Source: an uncultured delta proteobacterium
Lineage (GTDB): Bacteria > Desulfobacterota > Binatia > UBA9968
DNA length: 64,000 bases
Direction of reading: 5' to 3'
Assembly: GCA_963745835.1 (NCBI GenBank)
Contig: CAVUZH010000016.1
Location: 224,001 to 288,000, forward strand
In this document: positions 21,065-30,453 of the stretch, piece after piece
Position numbering within the stretch: the stretch's first letter is position 1
Layout: each line of letters begins with the position of its first letter
The notes under the pieces: model-generated
The model's input: only the letters and a program-made list of their open reading frames with translations
Database searches by the model: none
Told to the model about the DNA's origin: nothing
Program-made: the position numbers and the translations under genes

Positions 21065-21856
21065 CTAGCGCAAACCTTTGAAGTCTTCGCCCAGGACAAG
21101 ATCTTTCAGATAGGCGATGCTGTCATTGGCATAGCCCACCTGCCCGGCCTTCTCAGCGCGCCAGGCATCGAGGTATTTGAGAATCTCGTCCAGCGGCAAC
21201 ACGTCGGCATACTTCTGGTTCATGTCGAAAAGATTGATAGCATGACAAGCCTCGTGCCGGTCAAAGACGCACTCTTCGGCAACGATCATGCGCAACCGAT
21301 TGGTCGTTCCATCGACAACGCTGGCGCGCACACAGCCGCTAGTGCTTTCGCCGCATGTGAGCACCGTGTCCACCCCTAGAAAATTTAAGTGGGCGATTAG
21401 GGGCGTACCCCAGAAGGCGCTCGGTGATACCTTTTTCAACACCGTCTCTCCAGGAATCGGCTTAACCTGATCAACGATATCGAACTTTCGCCGCTGTCGA
21501 TCGAGCTGTTCCTGGTTCATGTCAGCTCGTTTAGTCTTGTCGCGCCGAAATGCCCAAGGTTCGATGGCGACGCCGTCCATCCCGGTGATGTGAATAACCG
21601 GAATGCCGACTTCCCGCGCTTTGCCGAGCAGCTTCTGAATGTGCGGCAAGGCATTCCATCCTGCCAGCCCGCAACTTCCCGGCCAGGTTTTGATCGCTTC
21701 TACCACAGGTTCCGGCTTGTCGCCGAAAACCCACCGGTAGAGATCAATCAGCAGCAACGCGGGCCTTTCGCCGAAGCCGATTTTGCGCTCAGCCCTTCCG
21801 ACCAATGTGGCTTTATCTTGTTCAGTTAAAAAACGGTCCCATACTCGCTCAGCCAT
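21065..21856 (-). CDS. isochorismatase-family cysteine hydrolase
   Basis: PALLLIDL, K..PSAFWGT, GESTSGCVRASVVD; start trimmed to ATG 21856. Confidence 0.9.
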   Translation of the reverse strand: MAERVWDRFLTEQDKATLVGRAERKIGFGERPALLLIDLYRWVFGDKPEPVVEAIKTWPGSCGLAGWNALPHIQKLLGKAREVGIPVIHITGMDGVAIEPWAFRRDKTKRADMNQEQLDRQRRKFDIVDQVKPIPGETVLKKVSPSAFWGTPLIAHLNFLGVDTVLTCGESTSGCVRASVVDGTTNRLRMIVAEECVFDRHEACHAINLFDMNQKYADVLPLDEILKYLDAWRAEKAGQVGYANDSIAYLKDLVLGEDFKGLR

Positions 21857-22250
21857 AGAAGATCTCCTTTGTTTGTTAGAGTGCTCGGTCGTCTGTGATG
21901 ACTGGCAAACTATCACTCACTTCGTGAGAGCGTCAAGAAACCCGTTGTCGCCACAATCACATAAAATTGCCAGGCTCATGTCGACTGACTCGCTGCAGGT
22001 ATTTCAATTCCTACTCGGTCGCTCCGTCGTGTTTGGAAGGCGATGTCCGAGATCGCGGCGGGCGCCAATCCTCCAGGGCAGAAGATCACATCACTGGCAT
22101 ATAGCTTACGCTACCTCCTTACGTCTGCCCCGCCCGCGCCCTATTCAGACGCGAATCCCCCCTTATCTCTTCGTTTGAAAAATTATCGATTAGGGCGTAG
22201 GTTTTTTTTGCCTAAAGCCGGGACCTGCGCTATACTGCGCGGCAGTCACA

Positions 22251-23216
22251 GTGCAACTCATCATCCTTTCAATACTCTTCTGGCTCGTACTGGCATCCCC
22301 TGCAAGAGCTAGTTACCTGACCGCTGCCGAACAGCTTAAAGGTATCGGAGCCTCATTTAGCTGGCACGATGTCCGATCCCGAAGCTTAAAGATCGTCGTT
22401 GAATATCAAATGAACGGTGAACTCAAACGAGCCAATCTCGGTTCCGGTTTCCTGATCTCGGCCGATGGACTGTTCGTTACAGCGTATCACGTGATGTCCT
22501 ATTGCTTGCTTAATCAAAAGAGCAAGAGCCGCTTCGCCGAAACCGTTGATTGCTCGATTGCCAATCCGCGGGCGCGCTACAAAGCTCAAAATGGCGATCA
22601 GGAATACGAGATACAGATCCTGTCGCATCTGACGGAAGCGGATTCGACCAGCGGCAAGAAGCAGCATACGCCGGATGAAATCATTAAAAACAGAGACTTT
22701 GTCATTGGCAGGCTCAAGGCCGATGTGCAGACCCGTTTTTCTCATTGGGAGCTGCGGGATTACGAACAGGGCAAAATCAGCCTGAGTAAGCCGCGGGCGG
22801 ATTTCGAATTGAAGCCGTTGCGGCCGCCGAGGAAAGTCTTCATCGTCGGCTACCCCCGCGATGGGGAGTTTGAAATTGCTCATGGATTCTTGAATCTCAC
22901 CGACGAAAAACATCGCGGCTACTTTGCCGCTGACTACAAACTCTACGAACCCGCCTACCTAAAGACCGAGGGAATCGAACCCGACACCAAGTGGGGCATC
23001 GCCGTTGCCAATCACATGAGCGGCGGTGTGGTGGTTGATGCCCTCGGACATCCGGTAGGGGTCGTCGTCAACGGCAACCAGAATACCGCCGGAGTTCTTT
23101 CCATCGAAAATGTATTAGAAACTTTCTTCTCGCGAAAACGCGATTCCGAGTCTCAGCCAAAAGTCATTTTGACGCCTACCAGCACGCCCCTGTTTCTCAA
23201 ACGCGCGCCGAATTGA
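22251..23216 (+). CDS. secreted trypsin-like (S1) serine peptidase
   Basis: Signal peptide; GSGFLIS, VTAYHV (His), RDFVIG (Asp), HMSGG (Ser). Confidence 0.75.
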   Translation: MQLIILSILFWLVLASPARASYLTAAEQLKGIGASFSWHDVRSRSLKIVVEYQMNGELKRANLGSGFLISADGLFVTAYHVMSYCLLNQKSKSRFAETVDCSIANPRARYKAQNGDQEYEIQILSHLTEADSTSGKKQHTPDEIIKNRDFVIGRLKADVQTRFSHWELRDYEQGKISLSKPRADFELKPLRPPRKVFIVGYPRDGEFEIAHGFLNLTDEKHRGYFAADYKLYEPAYLKTEGIEPDTKWGIAVANHMSGGVVVDALGHPVGVVVNGNQNTAGVLSIENVLETFFSRKRDSESQPKVILTPTSTPLFLKRAPN

Positions 23217-23484
23217 GCGGCGTCGGGTCATAGTACCAGCTCAGAGTATCTGCTTCATAAAAGCTCGCTTCCAGCCAATGCGCCAATCTCGTAAGTAGGC
23301 CCTCCAGGCCAAAGGTCTGGGCGGAGCCGATCTCACCAAATAAAAATCGGCTGTTTACCGACGCGCTAAAGGGCGCATTCAAATTTTTACTGACAGCCTT
23401 TATCCTTAGGAAACTTCTCGATATCTCGTTCAGCACTGCCCAATCCTGTTGAACCTGCGCTTTCGATAGCGCTATAGTCGGCTC

Positions 23485-24000
23485 ATGAAACAGCTCATTC
23501 CGATCGATCTCGCCGCTGTGGTTGACGAAGTCAAGGCTGAAGGAAAAGGACGGCGCGTCTTGTGGCAGGATTCCGAGTCGCTGGCGTTTCTCAGCAGCGG
23601 TCGCAAGGAGCGCAAAGATTTCCACATCGACCCCAGCGATGAGGTCACTTTGCAGCTGAGCGGCGTGCAGAATCTTGTCTATATCGACAGCGAAGGCAAG
23701 CAGCAAACCGCGGTCATCAAAGCCGGCCAGATGCTGCTTTGCCCGGGCGGCGTGCCGCACTCGCCGCGGGTTGAGGAGAACTCCTGGTTTATCGTCTTTG
23801 AAAGAAAGCGCAAAGGCGGCGAACAAGATTACTTTACCTGGTATTGCGACAACTGCGGCGAGAAGATTTATCACGTCGCCATCGAAGTCGGCGATTACCG
23901 CCAGGATCCGGTCTCCCAAGTGCATCGAAGATTTTACGATGACGAAAGGCTCAGAACGTGCACAAAGTGCGGTCATACCATGCCGGTGCCGCCCCCGTGA
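23485..24000 (+). CDS. 3-hydroxyanthranilate 3,4-dioxygenase-like cupin
   Basis: RKDFHIDPSDE...Q, VPHSPR, rubredoxin-like CDNC and CTKC. Confidence 0.85.
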   Translation: MKQLIPIDLAAVVDEVKAEGKGRRVLWQDSESLAFLSSGRKERKDFHIDPSDEVTLQLSGVQNLVYIDSEGKQQTAVIKAGQMLLCPGGVPHSPRVEENSWFIVFERKRKGGEQDYFTWYCDNCGEKIYHVAIEVGDYRQDPVSQVHRRFYDDERLRTCTKCGHTMPVPPP

Positions 24001-24797
24001 GAGCTAAGAACAATCTAATCTCAAATCGATTGGCGCAACAGCTGAACAAGCTGGCGTCGGCTTATGGCGCGGCTGAAGCCGAGGTCGTCGGCGCGTTTTT
24101 CGCCGTGCCGAGACGGAAACAAGACCACCTGCGCTGGCTCAAAGCGCAAGGGTTCAAAGAGTATTCGGCGATCAAGCCGATTTTGGACGCCTTGACTCAA
24201 CTCTATTCGGATATCGATAACGGCATCGCTCGTCATGACTATACCGAATTGACGGAAAAACTCGCCGACGAAACCAAGCATGCACGTTTGGTCATGGACC
24301 TGCTCGAGGAAATCAGCGGCAAGAAAATTAAGCCGCGCGATCTCACATGGCTGCCGCAGGACCGCAAACTGGCCCGGGTGCGGGGCGGCTATTCGAAAAC
24401 CTACGCAGGACTTTTACACGGGTCAGCGAAGGTGACGTCAAAGGAGATGCGTCGCAAAGACGAAGAACTGGAACGCGCCGCCATCACCCTGACAGAAGGC
24501 GGTGGCGGCGCCTTATATCAAGTCTGCGGCAGGCTGAAGAAGCGCGGCATAGAAGAAAAAATCGCGGCAATATTTCGTGAAATTCTCCAGGATGAGCTGG
24601 AACACAAAGACAGCGGTGGCCGCTCATTGGCTACCCTGGTCAAAGATCAAGCCTCATTCCGGCGCGCGGCGCGAATCATTTGCGAAGTCTCGCGCCAACG
24701 TCTGCGGATGCGCAACGAACAGTTCGGCTTTCCACTAAGCGAAGCACAGATGAAGATGCTGGACGAACGCGCCCGGCAATCGGTCGGCGGCCTGTGA
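23997..24797 (+). CDS. ferritin-like di-iron protein
   Basis: Two ExxH motifs (DETKH, DELEH) plus KEY and TEG carboxylates; GTGA overlap with the upstream gene. Confidence 0.75.
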   Translation: MRAKNNLISNRLAQQLNKLASAYGAAEAEVVGAFFAVPRRKQDHLRWLKAQGFKEYSAIKPILDALTQLYSDIDNGIARHDYTELTEKLADETKHARLVMDLLEEISGKKIKPRDLTWLPQDRKLARVRGGYSKTYAGLLHGSAKVTSKEMRRKDEELERAAITLTEGGGGALYQVCGRLKKRGIEEKIAAIFREILQDELEHKDSGGRSLATLVKDQASFRRAARIICEVSRQRLRMRNEQFGFPLSEAQMKMLDERARQSVGGL

Positions 24798-25666
24798 TGC
24801 TTCTGCTGTTCTTGATCGCTTTCTTAAGCTTGCCGTTTCATTCCGCGTCAAGCGCCGTCGAACTTCCTCCTCTGAACGATACTATCAATGATCTGGCCGG
24901 CATGATGCCCGAGCCCAGCTATCAAGATCTCGAAAAGCGCATGAAGCGTTTCAAGGCCCGGAGCGGCCATAGCGTGGTCGTCATCACGCTACAAAGTCTC
25001 GAGGGTGAAGACCCCGAAAGCTTCGGTGAAAGGGCTTTCCACAGTTTACCTCTGGGAGAATCGGATCTGAAAAAAACGATTTTGCTGATTGTCGCTCGTA
25101 AGGAACATGCGGTTAGTCTGCAAACCGGCACGGAGCTAAAAGAGTTGTTTCCCGAACCCACGGCGCGAGAGAAACTGCAGAAGCATGTCGATTTGTACTT
25201 TAGCGGCATGCGTCCGGACCTGGGAATTCATTCGGCGGTCTTCTTTGTATTTAGAACCATCCGAGGAGAAGTCAAAATGGATCGCTCCACCGAGTTCGAG
25301 AAGCTCGAGGAGGCGTCGACCCAGGGTGCTGAGGCCGGGCCGATCTTCGCGATTTTCTTAGCGCCGTTTCTGGCCTTCTTTATCGGCGCGCTTTGGGGAA
25401 TCTGCTCGACCAACTATGGCGTGCAAACTGCCGTCCGCCTAACCATCGGCGCCGTGCTCGGTGGCGGTACCGCTAAGGTGGTCGCGGGTTTGATGGAACT
25501 AATGGGCGCAGTGAGTGATGGTTTGTGGTATTTCATTCTCATCCTAAGCATAGCTCTGGCAACTTTCGGCAGCCTCACCGAGTTTTGGATGGCAGGCGAT
25601 TGGCGCGGCATACCTAGACTCAAGGATCCCATAGCGCGCAAACCAGAAGACAAGATGGGGATCTGA
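24797..25666 (+). CDS. TPM-domain membrane protein
   Basis: Signal peptide, INDLAGMM...VVVITLQSL TPM pattern, three C-terminal TM helices; TGATG overlap. Confidence 0.75.
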   Translation: MLLLFLIAFLSLPFHSASSAVELPPLNDTINDLAGMMPEPSYQDLEKRMKRFKARSGHSVVVITLQSLEGEDPESFGERAFHSLPLGESDLKKTILLIVARKEHAVSLQTGTELKELFPEPTAREKLQKHVDLYFSGMRPDLGIHSAVFFVFRTIRGEVKMDRSTEFEKLEEASTQGAEAGPIFAIFLAPFLAFFIGALWGICSTNYGVQTAVRLTIGAVLGGGTAKVVAGLMELMGAVSDGLWYFILILSIALATFGSLTEFWMAGDWRGIPRLKDPIARKPEDKMGI

Positions 25667-25730
25667 AATGAAGTGCCACGTAACAAGCTGCCAGATATCA
25701 GAACATTGCGTTGAGAATTTACGCCAAAGC

Positions 25731-25809
25731 CGTCACCCCCGAATGTCTTAATCGGGGGGTCCAGCTCCGGTCTCGCCTGGATTCCCGATAGAAGCATTCG
25801 GGAATGACG
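25731..25809. repeat. palindromic REP-like element
   Basis: CGTCACCCCCGAATG..ATCGGGGGGTCCAG...CTGGATTCCCGAT..CATTCGGGAATGACG; nested inverted repeats. Confidence 0.75.
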
Positions 25810-25855
25810 ACTCTATAACTTCTGAGGCCACCTAAAGCTCTATCGGTCACGCACA

Positions 25856-26839
25856 GTGACTTTACTCGCAATAACCGACAAGCAAACGGCCCGGCCGGAC
25901 GTCACAGAGCGGTTAGCCATTTCCCGGCGCGAGTTGCTGCGGCTCGCCGTCGGTGCCGGAATCTTCATCAGCGCGGGAGGTGCGGCCATGGGAGCAGCCA
26001 CTTCATCTAAACCGATTTTAACCAAACCGATTGCGCGCACGGGCGAATCGCTGCCGGTCATCGGTCTCGGCACTTGGCAGACTTTCGATGTTGGATCGGC
26101 GCAACCCGAACGCGCGCCCTTGCGCGAGGTTTTGCGCGAATTTGTCCGGTTGGGCGGCACGGTGATCGACTCCTCGCCCATGTACGGGCGATCCGAAAAC
26201 GTTGTCGGAGATCTCGCCACCGAACTGAAGCTCGACGGTAAGCTCTTCGTCGCGACCAAAGTTTGGACCAGCGGCCGCGAAGCGGGCATCCGGCAGATGG
26301 AAGAATCCATCCGGCGTTTGCGCGCCAAGCCCATCGACCTGATGCAGATTCACAACCTAGTCGATTGGCGCACCCATTTGACCACTCTGCGCCAGTGGAA
26401 AACAGAGGGGAGAATTCGCTACATCGGCGTGACGCACTACACCGCCAGCGCTTATGACCAACTTGCCCGTGTGCTCGAAAGCGAGGAACTCGATTTCGTT
26501 CAGCTAAATTATTCGATTGCGGAGCGCGAAGCCGAGCAACGGCTTCTGCCGCTGGCAGCTGATCGAGGTGTCGCAGTGCTGGTTAACCGTCCGTTTGCCC
26601 AAGCGCAACTGTTTAGCAAAGTCAGAGGCAAGCCGCTGCCGGCCTTTGCCGAGGAGATCGGTTGCGCAAGTTGGGCGCAATTTTTTCTTAAGTTTGTCGT
26701 CTCCCATCCGGCCGTCACGTGCGCAATACCGGCGACCAGCAAAGTTCAACATTTAGTCGATAATATGCAGGCCGGCATGGGCCAGCTTCCCGCTGAAAAA
26801 ATTCGCCAGCGCATGGCGACGTACGTTGCCGAATTGTGA
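25856..26839 (+). CDS. aldo/keto reductase with Tat-like leader
   Basis: SRRELL followed by a hydrophobic stretch; IGLGTWQTF, IDSSPMYG, FVATKVW, DLMQIHNL. Confidence 0.92.
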   Translation: MTLLAITDKQTARPDVTERLAISRRELLRLAVGAGIFISAGGAAMGAATSSKPILTKPIARTGESLPVIGLGTWQTFDVGSAQPERAPLREVLREFVRLGGTVIDSSPMYGRSENVVGDLATELKLDGKLFVATKVWTSGREAGIRQMEESIRRLRAKPIDLMQIHNLVDWRTHLTTLRQWKTEGRIRYIGVTHYTASAYDQLARVLESEELDFVQLNYSIAEREAEQRLLPLAADRGVAVLVNRPFAQAQLFSKVRGKPLPAFAEEIGCASWAQFFLKFVVSHPAVTCAIPATSKVQHLVDNMQAGMGQLPAEKIRQRMATYVAEL

Positions 26840-27031
26840 TTCGACGATGAACAGAATGACGGGTCGCTATTTTCATCGACCTGCCATATTCTCGAGCTGA
26901 CTTCACTGGCAAAAACGCTTTACAAGAGCACGAGCGCAGAGTAGATTTCTCACCGGCGCCGACGTTCGATCGGACCCTCCCATATCGATACTATTTTCAC
27001 TAAATGTCAGAATCACTCCGCCGTAGCCCTC

Positions 27032-28717
27032 ATGAATGACATCTTTATCAGCTATGACAGCGCCGATCGGGCGATTGCGCAGAAATTTGCCGACGCTTTG
27101 GAATCGCGCGGCTGGTCGGTCTGGTGGGACCGGGAGATTCCGCTAGGTAAAGCATTCGATCAGGTAATTGAGGAAGAGTTGAATGCGGCGCGCTGCGTGA
27201 TCGTCTTGTGGTCGAATCAGTCGGTGCGCTCGAGATGGGTGAAGACCGAAGCGGCGGCGGCCGCCGATCGAGATTGTCTGCTTCCGGTGTTGATTGAGGA
27301 TATCGCCATTCCGTTCGAGTTTAAACGCATCCAAACGGCAATGCTCATGAACTGGCGCGGAGACGATTCCGATCCCGAGTTCAACAGGCTAATTGCGGCC
27401 ATCGAACAGCTGGCTAGGGAGCCGGCGCGCTCACTTCCGTTCCCAGGTGCAAGCCAGACGAACAAGCCGGCCCGAAGACGAATGCCAACGGCCCGATGGA
27501 TTATTGCCGCTGCGGTTGCTTTGCTGGTCATTGCCGGCGCCGTAGCCGTAAGAAATCTTGTTCGGCAGGCTGACCCGCCGCCACAGCAAATATCGTCCGG
27601 GTCCGGCAACCCTCCCGCGCCGGCAACACAGCCGGCCGGGTCACCCGAGCCTATACCGGAACCCTCCCGCGGCACGGCGAAATCAACCGCATCGCATGGC
27701 GCCTTCTCGATCAAGATTGGTGACAAAATTGCCGACGGCGTTCCAGGAGCCGGCGCCGGCATTATCGAGACGCCGTACGGCCAGGATGTTTATGTATTTA
27801 AGGCTGCTCCCCGGCAAAGAGTTTATTTCCGTCTGCTCGGCCGCAGCACCGGAATGGATTATATCAATTGGAAATTAACCGATGCGGACGGCACCGAGGT
27901 ATTCAACGCTTGCTTGGGATGTTCCGAACCGGGAGTGCGGGCGCTTACCAAGGGCGGCACCTACACACTGACGATCGGCAACGACAAAAATCCCGCCACC
28001 GGAACTTATCAGATTCAGCTGTTCGACGTGCCGCCGCCTAAACAATTTTCGATAAAGATCGGCGATCAGATCAAGGAGGATGTACCGGGTCCGGGAGCGG
28101 GGATCATCGAAAGTCCCGGCGCCCAGGATATCTACACCTTCGATGCAAGGCCGCGGCAAAAAATCTATTTCCGACCTTGGGAGCACAGCGCCGGCATGTC
28201 CTATATTAAATGGCAGTTAACCGATAGCGACGGCACGGTGGTGTTCGATACATGCCTGGGCTGCGGCGAACTTGGAGTTCAGACCCTCACTAAAGGCGGA
28301 ACCTATAGCCTCGCAGTAGGCCATGAGAGTAATCCGGCCACTGGCACGTATCGACTGCAACTCTACGATGTGCCTTTGTCGAAGCAATTCTCGATAAAGC
28401 TAGGCGATCGAATCAGGCCCGGTATGCCGGCTGCCGGAGCCGGAACAATTGAAACTCCGGGAACGGAGGACGTTTATGTATTCAGCGCTACGGCGGGGCA
28501 AAAAGTCTCCTTTCGAATAACAGAACGCAGCAAGGGAATGGATTACATCAACTGGCGCTTAGCCGATGACAACGGCATGGAGCTGTTTAACAGTTGTCTT
28601 GCTTGCGGTGAGCGCGGCGTCCAGACGCTGAGCAAAGGCGGCACTTACACCCTGACGATCGGCAATACCCGAAACCCTGCCACCGGCGATTACGGTTTTG
28701 AGATTGGCGCCCCCTGA
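27032..28717 (+). CDS. TIR-domain membrane protein with three 114-aa C-terminal repeats
   Basis: DIFISY, VWWD, SRWVKTEA (TIR_2); TM WIIAAAVALLVIAGAVAV; Pro-rich linker; repeats starting at 27704, 28046 and 28388. Confidence 0.88.
   Translation: MNDIFISYDSADRAIAQKFADALESRGWSVWWDREIPLGKAFDQVIEEELNAARCVIVLWSNQSVRSRWVKTEAAAAADRDCLLPVLIEDIAIPFEFKRIQTAMLMNWRGDDSDPEFNRLIAAIEQLAREPARSLPFPGASQTNKPARRRMPTARWIIAAAVALLVIAGAVAVRNLVRQADPPPQQISSGSGNPPAPATQPAGSPEPIPEPSRGTAKSTASHGAFSIKIGDKIADGVPGAGAGIIETPYGQDVYVFKAAPRQRVYFRLLGRSTGMDYINWKLTDADGTEVFNACLGCSEPGVRALTKGGTYTLTIGNDKNPATGTYQIQLFDVPPPKQFSIKIGDQIKEDVPGPGAGIIESPGAQDIYTFDARPRQKIYFRPWEHSAGMSYIKWQLTDSDGTVVFDTCLGCGELGVQTLTKGGTYSLAVGHESNPATGTYRLQLYDVPLSKQFSIKLGDRIRPGMPAAGAGTIETPGTEDVYVFSATAGQKVSFRITERSKGMDYINWRLADDNGMELFNSCLACGERGVQTLSKGGTYTLTIGNTRNPATGDYGFEIGAP
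27704..28714 (+). repeat. three intragenic tandem repeats with a 342-nt period
   Basis: FSIKIGD...GAG.IE.P...CLGC...L.KGGTY.L..G....PATG.Y repeated three times. Confidence 0.92.
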
Positions 28718-28772
28718 GTCATCAATTGACGCCATCTGGATAACGGTTGACTCGCTTCTATAGGTGATTTAG

Positions 28773-28983
28773 CCCTAATCCGACAATAGTTGAGCACCGT
28801 CAACAGTGAGCGAGGATGGCGAGACCGCAAGCTGTGGGCACCCGAGGGCGCAGTTGGCTCTAAGGCCCGGGAGTAGGAACATCACCGTTAGGGGAATGTG
28901 GGGTGCCCTTCAAGGCACTATCCCATTGCCCACGGCTGTAGGGCTCGCCTGCCTCGCGGCGTTCGAACAATGTCGGATTAGGG
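28773..28983. mobile_element. 211-bp MITE-like element
   Basis: Perfect 13-bp terminal inverted repeats CCCTAATCCGACA (28773-28785) and TGTCGGATTAGGG (28971-28983), flanked by TTAG direct repeats (28769-28772, 28984-28987); no transposase. Confidence 0.75.
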
Positions 28984-29675
28984 TTAGCTGGTGGACATGA
29001 TCGACTTCTAAGAGGTCTCTTGTTTTTTACCATAACGATCGTCGCTCAGGACGGAAGAGCACATGAGTAAAGTAGCGCTGCGCTGAAGGCACGCTATTCA
29101 GATCGACCCGTTCTCTTTAAAAAGAGATAGTTCAGAAGTAAGCAAACATGATCATTAGTCAGGTCATCTGTTTCGTTTAAACCCGTCGCTCTAGCCTGTA
29201 TTCGAAAGCTTAAAGTGCGATGTAATCCCTTATTCGTCAACTGAAGCCCCCTGCGTCTCTTCGCCGTTTGCAAGGTCTTTAAATTCCTGTCGGTTGATTC
29301 ACCCATAGCGCTTGTGCTATGAACCGCGCCCTCGCTGCGCAGTGACAACCCGCCTTCCTTTGGCAGCCTGTCAAAGGCGCTGCGCTGGCGAGGCCCAAAG
29401 GAGGCGATATGCTAGACCTACGACCTTGGCTTGTATCTCTCGTCATCGGATTGGGTTTTTGGGGTTTTGTTTCTGTCTGCTTATCGTTGCTCATGCACTA
29501 GCGACTGCGCGGCAGGTCACGACCTCTAGGCATGGAGAGAAACATCATGACGGTTCTGATAGTCAATTTCCTCATTGCGGCGCAGTGGTTATTCAGTGCC
29601 ACTCTGCAAGACAAGCGACACTCCCGAGAAGCCATAAGCCACCCGAAGGCCGTCGGTGGGGTCTAGCAACCGCTG

Positions 29676-29975
29676 CTAAGCGGACATTCCCGCGTTTGCC
29701 TCCTTGGAAGCAATTCGCTCCCAGTCGTCAATGCGCCCGCGCTGGTATCGGTCATGACCTTCCAGTTTAACCAGCTTATTATACAGGCCAATGATCAGCC
29801 AGGTGGGCACCCACTGAGCGATGAAGTTTCCCCATTTCCCTTTGCCAGCCACTTGGCAAGCCAGTGAGAGCCCCATAGCACCGATAGCGACAGCGAGATA
29901 CCCAGCTGACGGTACAGCGGCTGTGTAAGATTCGATTGTTTTTGTGAACTGGTCTTCAATTGGTCGTGGTTCCAT
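29676..29975 (-). CDS. small conserved membrane protein
   Basis: AGGAGGT RBS; hydrophobic core and FIAQWVPTWLIIGLYNKLVKLEGHD tail typical of a small hypothetical family. Confidence 0.8.
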   Translation of the reverse strand: MEPRPIEDQFTKTIESYTAAVPSAGYLAVAIGAMGLSLACQVAGKGKWGNFIAQWVPTWLIIGLYNKLVKLEGHDRYQRGRIDDWERIASKEANAGMSA

Positions 29976-30000
29976 TTGACACCTCCTAGGCTGTCACCCC

Positions 30001-30015
30001 GCAATAGCAAGGCCA
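30001..30015 (-). promoter_or_regulatory. putative sigma-54 (-24/-12) promoter
   Basis: Minus strand TGGCCTTGCTATTGC (GG-N10-GC) just upstream of the RBS of 29676..29975. Confidence 0.5.
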
Positions 30016-30453
30016 GCCTTTGATTGCTTGGGCACGGGATTCTAGATCCTGTTTCTGTGCAAGATGTTGGAAGTCAGGTTGTAAGTGTCTCGGATCTGAC
30101 TCGCTCTCCTCCTAGCGACGCTCGCCTCGACACTCGAAATAGAACCCGACGGCTGGTAAGCTTTTCAGACGGTGCCAACCGCAAAGAAATCAATCGTTGC
30201 ACGGGAGCGGCTCAACGTTATCGAACCGATCTCTGTCACTACAGCCTTACAATTGGACGGTTGCGGCATGACCATCTTGGGTCTAGACTCCGCGGCAGGG
30301 CGTTCCTCAGGGCTCCACGCCTGACAATGCGCGTTATACGCTTCGTTGGCTGTTACGATGCATAAACCGCGTTTCATTGACCACTGCACTGGCGCAGCAG
30401 TCTCCTTATGGGCCCGTCCGCATCAGTTGTAGCCTCAGAAAAAAAGGAGATCG

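Noticed and set aside
23197-23976. 259-aa minus-strand ORF
   Set aside because: Antisense to the 3-HAO-like gene, with no recognisable motifs
29000-29670. Short ORFs 29094..29348, 29279..29494 and 29312..29770
   Set aside because: No RBS, motif or codon-pattern support; probably degenerate intergenic DNA
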